Shown here: positions 19,602 to 27,727 of the stretch, piece after piece
How the letters are laid out: each line of letters begins with the position of its first letter
How positions within the stretch are numbered: the first letter of the stretch is position 1
Assembly: GCA_963790025.1 (NCBI GenBank)
Contig: CAWBMP010000004.1
Span: forward strand, 768,001-832,000
DNA: 64,000 nt
Reading direction: 5' to 3'
Source of the DNA: Nitrospirota bacterium
GTDB taxonomy: Bacteria; Nitrospirota; Thermodesulfovibrionia; Thermodesulfovibrionales; Dissulfurispiraceae
Position numbers and translations under genes: made by a program
The notes under the pieces: model-generated
Told to the model about the DNA's origin: nothing
Seen by the model: the letters and a program-made list of their open reading frames with translations, nothing else
The model's database searches: none

Positions 19602-20051
19602 CTATTTTAGAACAATTTGCGTTTCTAAAATAGCCACCGTATCTTCGACTAATTTGAAACAAATACTTTTAAAAAGGTTCTTTTCCCTAGCTTCCGCAAA
19701 TCCTTTTTCAGAGCTTATATCCATCCCCACTAATTGCCTGCACTCAATCGATCCATGCCTTTTTTCAAATTCTTCTATAAATTCCCTGACTTTCCTGTAC
19801 GTTAAGGGTTTAGAGTCTTTGTCTTCCGACTTGTATTTGCCGTACTTTAAACCTATGACCAAAAAGGCCCCTGTCACAGCTCCGCAGGTCCTTGCCGTGC
19901 ACCCCATCCCGGCGCCTAACCCACAAGCCAATTTCAATGCCTTTGTTTCCTCAAGTTCATAGTCTTTCGCAAATGCAGCAAGCACCGACTGAGCACAATT
20001 GAAATCGTTACTGAATAAATCCAACGCCTTCTCGGCATATGTCATAGCCAC
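19602..20051 (-). CDS. C_GCAxxG_C_C family putative redox protein
   Basis: NCAQSV, GLGAGMG..TCGAVTG, GSIECRQL, ICFKLV. Confidence 0.88.
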   Translation of the reverse strand: MAMTYAEKALDLFSNDFNCAQSVLAAFAKDYELEETKALKLACGLGAGMGCTARTCGAVTGAFLVIGLKYGKYKSEDKDSKPLTYRKVREFIEEFEKRHGSIECRQLVGMDISSEKGFAEAREKNLFKSICFKLVEDTVAILETQIVLK

Positions 20052-20890
20052 CTCCTGACCAATTTTAGATTCCTGATGTCGTCATCTTCACTTTTCTTGG
20101 GCGTTTCGAGGATAAGAGGGATTGATTTCAACGCAGGATGATTTACAAATCTTTTTAGTCCTTCCTTGCCGATCCGGCCCTGTCCAATGTGTTCGTGCCT
20201 GTCAACTTTGGAATTGCAATCTTTTTTTGAATCATTCAGATGTATAAGTTTTACTGCGTCGATGCCGACATGAGTTTCTATTTCCCGCACGAATTCCGAC
20301 AAGCCGTCCCGGTCAGTCAAATTGTATCCTGAGGCAAAAGCGTGACACGTATCGATGCATAGTCCTCCAATCAGATCCCTGTCCATACCATACATAATAT
20401 CGGCAAGGTCCCTGATATGGGACGAGATATCGCCTTTTTCTCCGGCAGTATTCTCAAGAAGGAGCCGGGCCCGCCACTTTTTTTCTCCTGATGCTGTTTT
20501 AAGTGCCTGAACAGCTCTTCTCCGTGCATTGTCTTCCTTATCTTGTGAAGAGCTGCCTGTATGAAGCACTAAATAATCTGCGCCTAATGAGTCCGCCAGA
20601 TTCATCTCTTTTACCAGAAGGCCGATCGATTTATCCATAATTCCGGTGTTTGAAGCAGCAAGGTTTATCAGGTAAGAAGTATGTATGAAAACAGGATTTA
20701 TATCGTAAGCGTTTCTCAGTTCCCTGAATTTTGAAATTGAATCCTCCGGTATTATCCTCACACACCATTGCCTGGGATTATGAGAAAAAATCTGCATCGT
20801 CGAGCAACCAAGGTCCCCTGCCCTTTCAATTGCCAGATGAATGCCGCCCGCTATGGAGGTGTGGACACCGAGTCTTCTTTGTGGGTTCAC
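20042..20890 (-). CDS. nfo: endonuclease IV
   Basis: GVHTSIAGG, HTSYLINLA, LLENTAG, CIDTCHAF, HLNDSK, DRHEHIG, ILETP. Confidence 0.95.
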   Translation of the reverse strand: MNPQRRLGVHTSIAGGIHLAIERAGDLGCSTMQIFSHNPRQWCVRIIPEDSISKFRELRNAYDINPVFIHTSYLINLAASNTGIMDKSIGLLVKEMNLADSLGADYLVLHTGSSSQDKEDNARRRAVQALKTASGEKKWRARLLLENTAGEKGDISSHIRDLADIMYGMDRDLIGGLCIDTCHAFASGYNLTDRDGLSEFVREIETHVGIDAVKLIHLNDSKKDCNSKVDRHEHIGQGRIGKEGLKRFVNHPALKSIPLILETPKKSEDDDIRNLKLVRRWL

Positions 20891-20961
20891 AGTACATAAT
20901 TATACCTAAGGCAGGAAAGTCCCGTCACTCCTGTCATGCTGACGGGATGAAAACATCAGGA

Positions 20962-22035
20962 TTACTCTGACTCCCGGAGCAATTCCTCCAGGTACGGCTT
21001 CCATATCGATGCCCTGGTCAGGGTTTGATGCCCTAAAGTCTGGCTGCTGGCAGGCACCAAAACAAAACGGCCTCTTGGAATTTTGGCGACAAGTTTTTCC
21101 ATAACGTTCAGTTCAGCTGGATTAAGCATATCATCAGCAAAGTTTACCGCCACCAGGCGCGCCCTAATCTTGCTGAGATTGGGTTCCGGATTATAGTCCC
21201 ATGACGACTCGAACCAGTAGAGATAGTCATTGGCGTCGATCTTACTGAGCCCGCCGACCAACTTATCGTAAAATGCATTGGCCTCCTGCCGCGTTGGCCC
21301 CTGCAACTGGAGATGCAGGGCGCTGTCGACCATAAGAGTAAACAGCGGTGCAGTGTATAGCCACTGTTTGGGAGAGGCTTTGTAATTTCCGCCATCCCAC
21401 CCGGCATCGTTTCTGATAGCCTCGGTAATAATGCGCCGCCAGAGCAGGTTTCGTCCGGAGATCTGTGTAGGCTGACTGGCGATCGGCATCAGCGCGTCCA
21501 TCATGTCAGGATACTGCTCGCCCCACATCCATGTCTGCATGCCCCCCATAGAGGTGCCCAGCACAAGCCGCAGGTGGTCAACGCCCAGCCCTTTGGTAAC
21601 CAGCAGATACTGCGCTGAGACGACATCATTATACCCGTACCTCGGGAATTTAGCGCGCATGCCGTCGCTAGGCTTGCTGGATCCGCCCCGTCCGAGACCG
21701 TCCGGCAATATCAGGTAGTACCGTGAGGCATCAAGAGGCTGCCCAGGCCCGAACAGTTCGCCGGCAATCCCGGGGGCCAGGAAGTTTTTCCCTGTTCCTA
21801 TGGTGCCATGAAGCATAAGCACAGCATTCGTGATTCGGCCTGCTTTATCGCGGCGCGGGGTGCCGAGCGTTGTGCAATGCAAGCGCAACTCCGGCAATAT
21901 CTCTCCACTCTGGAATTTAAAATCTTTGACGCTATAATCGCCCTCTCGCTGGTTCGGATATATCGGCGACGCTGTCCATGCCGTAGCAGGCAACAGGAGC
22001 AGCACTAGACCTATGATCATTACCACTCTTTCCAT
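20962..22035 (-). CDS. secreted alpha/beta hydrolase, homoserine acetyltransferase-like fold
   Basis: Signal peptide, LHGT, GTSMGG nucleophile elbow, NFADD, GH; SD GAGGAG. Confidence 0.85.
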   Translation of the reverse strand: MERVVMIIGLVLLLLPATAWTASPIYPNQREGDYSVKDFKFQSGEILPELRLHCTTLGTPRRDKAGRITNAVLMLHGTIGTGKNFLAPGIAGELFGPGQPLDASRYYLILPDGLGRGGSSKPSDGMRAKFPRYGYNDVVSAQYLLVTKGLGVDHLRLVLGTSMGGMQTWMWGEQYPDMMDALMPIASQPTQISGRNLLWRRIITEAIRNDAGWDGGNYKASPKQWLYTAPLFTLMVDSALHLQLQGPTRQEANAFYDKLVGGLSKIDANDYLYWFESSWDYNPEPNLSKIRARLVAVNFADDMLNPAELNVMEKLVAKIPRGRFVLVPASSQTLGHQTLTRASIWKPYLEELLRESE

Positions 22036-22345
22036 GGGGTTACTCCTCTCTTCTCACTATAACTTTCATAAATTTGGCCCTCCTAAGTAAAAAGGTCTAC
22101 CTGGCTAACCTGTATTAAGTATAGCTTCGTCCGGGCGCTTTGAAAAGAACAAAAAAGGGGCGTCCTTTCGCATCACATTTCAAGAAGGCTAGCGTGGTGT
22201 TGTTTACTGTCAGGAGCTGAGAAAACAATCCTTACTAAATGGTCCAGATTTCTTATAATATATGCGATGCTAAAATCTTAAATTCACTGTGCGACGAGTT
22301 GCCTCTTTCGGATTATGAGGCATAGCCGTTGAGAGGAGGAAAATC

Positions 22346-22846
22346 ATGCAGGTTCTGGTGCTTTATTATTCAAAGGGCGGGTCAACCAAAAAACTTGCAG
22401 AAGCAGTAGCAGAGGGAGTGGGGTCGGCAGGAGCGCAAGCGGTCCTGAAATCTACACAGGAGGTGACCAAGGACGACTTTCTCAATTCTTCAGGGATTAT
22501 TGCCGGATCACCGGTGTATTTCGGCATTATGGCTGCCGACCTGAAACGAGTGTTCGATGAATTCATCAGTACCAGACGTAGAATGGAGAACAAAGTTGGT
22601 GCCGCTTTTGCCAGCGGCGGCCATCATACCGGAGGTAAAGAGACTACAATCTTCTCTATTATCCAGTGCATGATGATCTACGGCATGATTATAGTAGGCG
22701 ATCCGATGAATGCCAGTGGCCACTATGGGGCAGCTTGCGTCGGCTCACCTAACGAAGAGGCAAAAGACGATGCCCGCAAGCTCGGCCACAGGGTAGCGGA
22801 ACTGTGCAAGGTGATTAATGGCAAACTGAAGCCTTCAAAACCGTAA
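22346..22846 (+). CDS. flavodoxin / WrbA-like NAD(P)H-dependent oxidoreductase
   Basis: YYSKGGSTKKLA FMN loop, GSPVYFG, GGKETT; SD GAGGAGG. Confidence 0.88.
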   Translation: MQVLVLYYSKGGSTKKLAEAVAEGVGSAGAQAVLKSTQEVTKDDFLNSSGIIAGSPVYFGIMAADLKRVFDEFISTRRRMENKVGAAFASGGHHTGGKETTIFSIIQCMMIYGMIIVGDPMNASGHYGAACVGSPNEEAKDDARKLGHRVAELCKVINGKLKPSKP

Positions 22847-22894
22847 GCAAATAAGAAAGGCATTTTTTGATTTTTGAGTGTAGTAAAATATACG

Positions 22895-22964
22895 ATGCGA
22901 GTAGTGTTACAACGAGTAACGAGCGCTCGTGTGATTTATAGACAACCAGGAAGTGGGCCGCGTC
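22895..22964 (+). pseudogene. dtd: 5' remnant of D-aminoacyl-tRNA deacylase
   Basis: MRVVLQRVTSARVI then, after a 1-nt frameshift, IDNQEVGRV; matches the Dtd N-terminus MRxVxQRVxxAxVxxDxxxVG, similarity then stops. Confidence 0.6.
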
Positions 22965-23126
22965 CGTATCGTACAACAACCGTCCGAAATATCCTGGCAC
23001 TATGTTTCTATTCATAGAGATGCGAAGTAAGTACCAATTTGGAGTTAATGTTACTGTTGAAGGTGTCTGTTATGACATGTCCTGGCCGTTCTACTGTCTT
23101 TCTGAATAAAAAGGTGAGGTGACGAA

Positions 23127-23573
23127 ATGAGTAAAATAAGCTTTGTACTTGCGTTTATTTCAATATCGATAGGAATTAATGCCGTGGCAGAGGGGGCCGA
23201 GTGGATGCCTTACTATGACAATCAAAGTGTTGTGCGTTACTATGATACGCAGAGCATTAAAGACATATCAAAGGATATCTGGAGAGTGTGGACTAAAGAT
23301 GTTCTTAAAACACAAGAACAGAAAGACTTGGTCATAGAGAATCGCTTTTACTACAAACAGTCTATTAAAGGATATGAGGATTATAGCTATCAACAGCATT
23401 TCTTGGAAATTAATTGCTCTACAGACGAAATACGTATGGTAAGCTCTGTTGACTATAACAAAGATGACAATATTCTGGCCACAAGCGATTCCGCAACCGA
23501 ATGGAGGCGTGTTGTTCCTGAATCAATTATAGAGAAACTTTTTAATATTGTCTGCAAGTCAGGAAAGAAATGA
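23127..23573 (+). CDS. secreted hypothetical protein, surface-adhesin E-like
   Basis: Signal peptide, AEW...YYDTQSI...RVWTK...EINC...W..VVPES...VC; AT-rich; SD GAGG. Confidence 0.65.
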   Translation: MSKISFVLAFISISIGINAVAEGAEWMPYYDNQSVVRYYDTQSIKDISKDIWRVWTKDVLKTQEQKDLVIENRFYYKQSIKGYEDYSYQQHFLEINCSTDEIRMVSSVDYNKDDNILATSDSATEWRRVVPESIIEKLFNIVCKSGKK

Positions 23574-23775
23574 GCTGTAATTGAAACAAAGGTCGTCCGA
23601 GAGGTAAATTATATTTAATGAAAGTACTAGTTGCCAGATTGCTTTACCCAATGGATGTCAGGTCCGAATCCCAGGTTTTGATAGGAACACTATTGACCCC
23701 TGAAATCATTTGGCTCTTGATTGCGCCCTCCAGATGATAACTGATACTGCTGACGGCTCTCCGTTGATGTTGATT

Positions 23776-23925
23776 TCAGCCGGTCTTCAGAGCTTTTAAC
23801 ATCGGGAGGATAGAACTCCCGGTACCCTTTTTACTCTCTGACCTTCGGCACATTGGCTTTAAAGATTTCGAGAAACTCCGAAAGGCTTCCAGGTCTCACA
23901 AGAACCGAGCAATTACATTGATCAT
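23776..23925 (-). pseudogene. degraded antibiotic-biosynthesis-monooxygenase (YgiN/ABM-like) gene
   Basis: SD AAGGAGG, MINVIA, frameshift, then VLVRPGSLSEFLEIFKANVPKVRE*KGYREFYP with in-frame TAA and apparent truncation. Confidence 0.6.
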
Positions 23926-24050
23926 CTTCACCCTCCTTTTTTGTTTCTCTTTCACGTGCCATCATATTTTCTACCTGTCCCAATTTACTCAAAGGCATCG
24001 ATTCTTGTGACTTATCACGTGGGCACTCACGGGGAAAAAATATTTATGAT

Positions 24051-25187
24051 TTATTCAGGCTCCCGTGTAGATCTCTGCCGCTTTTGGGCTTCCTTTTTTT
24101 GAACGATACAATAAATACCACCTTCCCTTAGTCCCGGCTTGAAACAGCCATTGCACGAGATGCAGCGTGCAGGAGAGCGATCACCTTCCTGCCAGCGTTT
24201 GATCAACTGCGGCTCTCGTATGAAGGGGCGGGACATGGAAATGTAATCCATTTCGCCTTCGATAACGGCTTTATTGATAACTTCGAGCGACCTGAACCCT
24301 CCTACCGCCATTATAGGGCATCGAACCGCTTTTTTTATCTCTCTTGCTAGTGCGAGGTTGTAAGCTTCCAGTTCAGGTTTATCGATTCCAATCCTCACCG
24401 GAACTTTTTCGCCCGAGGCCGAGGTTCCGCCACTCACTTCTATGGCATCTATATGTTCCTTGTCCAGCATGCGGGCTGCACTAACAGCGTCGCTTAAATC
24501 GAGACCGCCCTCAAGATTGTCAGAGCCGTTTAATTTGGCAAGAACCGGAAAATCAGCACCCACCTCCGACCGGACACGGCGGTAAACCTCCATAAGAAAA
24601 CGACATCGGTTCTCCAAAGAGCCGCCGTAGCCGTCATTCCTTCTGTTGGTAAGCGGTGAGAGAAACTGATTAATGAGATAACCATGTGCTGAATGCAGCT
24701 GGATCGCATCAAAGCCGTACTCCTTTGCCCGTCTGGCAGAATGGCCGAAAGCCTCAACAATTTCATCTATGTCCTTTTTGCTCATGGACTCAGGTTCTTC
24801 AGGAAATTGGTCAACCTTCACAACTGAAGGGGCAAGAGGGCGTCTTCCTGCCGTTTTAGCCGTAGTCTGACCACCTGCATGAACAAGCTGCATACATATT
24901 TTGCCACTCTGATTGTGGACAGCTTGGGTAAGGGATCGCATTTCTGTAGCAAAATCGTCCGTATGGATTCCCATTTTCCCGGGTAACTGTTTACCATCCG
25001 GCCTCACAAATGCATAGCCGGTAATAATCAATCCGACACCGCCGGCGGCGAGACTACGGTAGCAGGCGGCGAGCTTTGTTGTAGGACGCCCGTCCTGTTC
25101 GCACATGCCTTCCCATGTCGCAGACCGGACGAACCTGTTGGCGAGTGACATACCATTGATTGTCGATAATTCGAATAATGTTTTCAT
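24051..25187 (-). CDS. NADH:flavin oxidoreductase (old yellow enzyme family)
   Basis: NRFVRSATWE, QLVHAG, QLHSAHGYLINQFLSP, YGGSLENR, CISCNGC. Confidence 0.92.
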   Translation of the reverse strand: MKTLFELSTINGMSLANRFVRSATWEGMCEQDGRPTTKLAACYRSLAAGGVGLIITGYAFVRPDGKQLPGKMGIHTDDFATEMRSLTQAVHNQSGKICMQLVHAGGQTTAKTAGRRPLAPSVVKVDQFPEEPESMSKKDIDEIVEAFGHSARRAKEYGFDAIQLHSAHGYLINQFLSPLTNRRNDGYGGSLENRCRFLMEVYRRVRSEVGADFPVLAKLNGSDNLEGGLDLSDAVSAARMLDKEHIDAIEVSGGTSASGEKVPVRIGIDKPELEAYNLALAREIKKAVRCPIMAVGGFRSLEVINKAVIEGEMDYISMSRPFIREPQLIKRWQEGDRSPARCISCNGCFKPGLREGGIYCIVQKKEAQKRQRSTREPE

Positions 25188-25389
25188 GCAGTATCCTCTC
25201 TGTTATCATATTGTTTCTGCTTATTTGATATTGTAACAGTATCTTACATGGATTTTAAGGGAATTAACATGAATTGCGTCTATTGGGGAATTTAGGGCTG
25301 CAATAGTTCATTTGCCTGAACTGCAACAATTATCGTTTGTAACCTTCATAGGAGCATGGTTTGCGTCGAGCGTTTGTTTCCGCGAGTAT

Positions 25390-26190
25390 TTAAGGTTTTT
25401 TGAACAAGAAGTCCAGGACAGATTGCACGAATACTCCGGGGTTCTCCAAGTAAAGTGAATGAGCTGCACCATTAATAACTTTAAAAGCTGCACCTGGTAT
25501 ACTTTTGGCCAATCTTCCGCACATTTGAACAGGAAACAGCAGATCTTCACTCCCAGCGATTACAAGCGTTTTTGCGACAATCGTGGTCAGTTGGTCCGTA
25601 CAATTGAACTCCCTGATCGTGTTGACCTGCTTCCTGAAGGAGGCTGGATTAGGTGGATATGGATAAGCTATCTCAAATTGTAAAGCATCCTCGACAGCTT
25701 TTTCATTTTCAAAAAAACGGTCGGAGAATATCCAGTAGAAGACGGACCGAAACCAAGTCTTCAGGTCGAGTCCCGCTTGCAGAGAACAAGCCCAATTTGA
25801 GAATAGGTCATTGTTCCGCTTGGAATTGCAAGACGAGGTAGCTGCCAGTATGAGCTTGTCGACAAATCCAGGAAAATTAATAGCACATTCCTGTGCCACA
25901 AAGCCGCCCATAGAGTGCCCAAGCACATTAACTGATTTCAGTCCCAAATGCCTGATGAGAGCAATGCAGTCGACTGCCATCGCTTGGATGCTTGTCTCTG
26001 CATCAAGCGGACTTGTTCGTCCCACACCTCTGTTATCGAAAGTGATCACCTGGCATCGTGAAATAAGCTCGCCGATTATAGGTTGCCAACTCTGGGAATC
26101 AGATGCCAGACCTGCGATGAGAAGCACCGGAACGCCGTCGCCTTGCACCTCATAATAAAGTTCGATATCATTGATTGCCAGCTTAGGCAT
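25390..26190 (-). CDS. alpha/beta hydrolase (enol-lactonase-like)
   Basis: FDNRGVGRT, GHSMGG, GSEDLL, GAAH. Confidence 0.9.
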   Translation of the reverse strand: MPKLAINDIELYYEVQGDGVPVLLIAGLASDSQSWQPIIGELISRCQVITFDNRGVGRTSPLDAETSIQAMAVDCIALIRHLGLKSVNVLGHSMGGFVAQECAINFPGFVDKLILAATSSCNSKRNNDLFSNWACSLQAGLDLKTWFRSVFYWIFSDRFFENEKAVEDALQFEIAYPYPPNPASFRKQVNTIREFNCTDQLTTIVAKTLVIAGSEDLLFPVQMCGRLAKSIPGAAFKVINGAAHSLYLENPGVFVQSVLDFLFKKP

Positions 26191-26392
26191 TCTTGACCTC
26201 AGTGCTTATTTTCAGACAGTATATCATGAAGAAGTGGCCCAATCCGAAGGTTGCACATGATCTTTTTGGTACATTTTAAAAATAACTCCCTAAGCAAATC
26301 AATTTCACGGTCAAAGGCAATATCTGTTTATTACATGCTTTACATAGTGAGGTGAATACGCGGGGTTGATTTTTGAGAGATGTTGCTGCGTC

Positions 26393-27559
26393 TTAGTGTG
26401 TAATTATTTTAGAATTTAATCTCATTAGCAGAAACCCGCAGACTAAAACAAATGCACTCAGAACAAACGGCAATGATGCGCCGACCTGGAAAAGAAGCCC
26501 TGCAAAAAGCGGCCCGCCTATAGTTGCGACTGACATTATAGAGGACATCACGCCCAGGACTTCGCCTCTTCTGTGACCGCCCGCCAATCCCGCAGTCCTG
26601 CTTGTCAGGACGACACGCAAAAGGGAATGGCTGAATGTATTCAGCAAGATTCCCGCGGCAAAAAAACAAATGGATGGAACCACAAGCAAAGAAAAACCGG
26701 CTGCATAAGAAAGAAATGTCCAAACTTCCAGTGTTGACTCTTTAAAATATCTGAGCCAGAATCCGCGCAACAAAAAAGTCTGGTTCAAGAATATAGCAAT
26801 CCCCATGCCGGTGTAAATTATTCCTACCAGAACGGAGTCAAATCCGAAAACTTTGCTCATGTATAGCGCAAATATTGATTGCATCGCGGAAAAAGCCGTA
26901 CCAAAGAAGGACCATGCGATATATCGGTTCCGCAGCAAATTATCACTCACCGCTGAAAACAGGGGACTTACCGGATTAAATTCGATCTTCCTCCCTTTAT
27001 CTATCTGCTTGTGCGATTCCGGCAGGAAAAGAAGCGCGCCGATCATGTTAAGTGCGGCCATTACACCCACAAAATAGAACGGCAGTGCACGAGAAACGGA
27101 GCTAAGCGCGGCCCCGATAGCGGGCCCTGTTATGAAGGCTATGCCAAAAACCGAGCCGATAATGCCAAGGTTGGTGGTGCGTTCTTTTTCATCTCTGGCA
27201 ATGTCCACCAAGTAGCTTTGTGCTATAGGCAGATTACCGGCAGCCATGCCGTCTATGATGCGCCCCAGGAACAAAACCCACATGACACGCGCTGAGGCGA
27301 AAACAAACCAACCGATAGCCGTACTCAATATGCTGACGATCAAAACCGGGCGTCTTCCGGCTTTGTCAGACAGTGCCCCAAGAAAAGGCGCACTGACAAA
27401 AGAGAAGAAGGAAAAAACGGAAAAAAGCATTGTAAGCGTAAGGGCCGATGCGCCAAAGCTTTCAACATAAAAAGGAAGCAGCGGGATTATAATTGCCATG
27501 CCAAGGACGTCGATAAACACCGTTAGGATTATAATGATTTTTTCTTTTGGTATTTTCAT
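26393..27559 (-). CDS. MFS transporter, TetA/DHA1-like; start uncertain (about 27559-27574)
   Basis: VFIDVLGMAIIIPLLP, GALSDKAGRRPVL motif A, GRIIDG, GPAIG; many hydrophobic segments. Confidence 0.9.
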   Translation of the reverse strand: MKIPKEKIIIILTVFIDVLGMAIIIPLLPFYVESFGASALTLTMLFSVFSFFSFVSAPFLGALSDKAGRRPVLIVSILSTAIGWFVFASARVMWVLFLGRIIDGMAAGNLPIAQSYLVDIARDEKERTTNLGIIGSVFGIAFITGPAIGAALSSVSRALPFYFVGVMAALNMIGALLFLPESHKQIDKGRKIEFNPVSPLFSAVSDNLLRNRYIAWSFFGTAFSAMQSIFALYMSKVFGFDSVLVGIIYTGMGIAIFLNQTFLLRGFWLRYFKESTLEVWTFLSYAAGFSLLVVPSICFFAAGILLNTFSHSLLRVVLTSRTAGLAGGHRRGEVLGVMSSIMSVATIGGPLFAGLLFQVGASLPFVLSAFVLVCGFLLMRLNSKIITH

Positions 27560-27690
27560 GGTTTCTAATACCATAACAAAGTTCCACGCGTTTAGCACCT
27601 GGTGAATGCCGCCGGGCTTATATCTGCAATAGTAGGCAGGAACAAAGTCTTGTGACAACTTTTGTCAAATGTAAACATTCCTTCCTTTTC

Positions 27691-27720
27691 TTGACACAAA
27701 ACGTCTTTTAGTGGTAGTTT
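27691..27720 (+). promoter_or_regulatory. sigma70 promoter of ileS, likely leaderless
   Basis: TTGACA-18-(TGG)TAGTTT, ATG 7 nt downstream, no SD. Confidence 0.55.
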
Positions 27721-27727
27721 TTAGTCT

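Noticed and set aside
22036..22345. Possible riboswitch upstream of the homoserine-acetyltransferase-like hydrolase or the flavodoxin gene
   Set aside because: Only a small hairpin (tgcctc...gaggca) and a 9-codon mini-ORF MKVIVRREE; no SAM, c-di-GMP or other aptamer consensus recognised.
25308..25389. Minus-strand fragment ending NCCSSGK, resembling a metal-binding C-terminal tail
   Set aside because: Too short to assign; may be chance.
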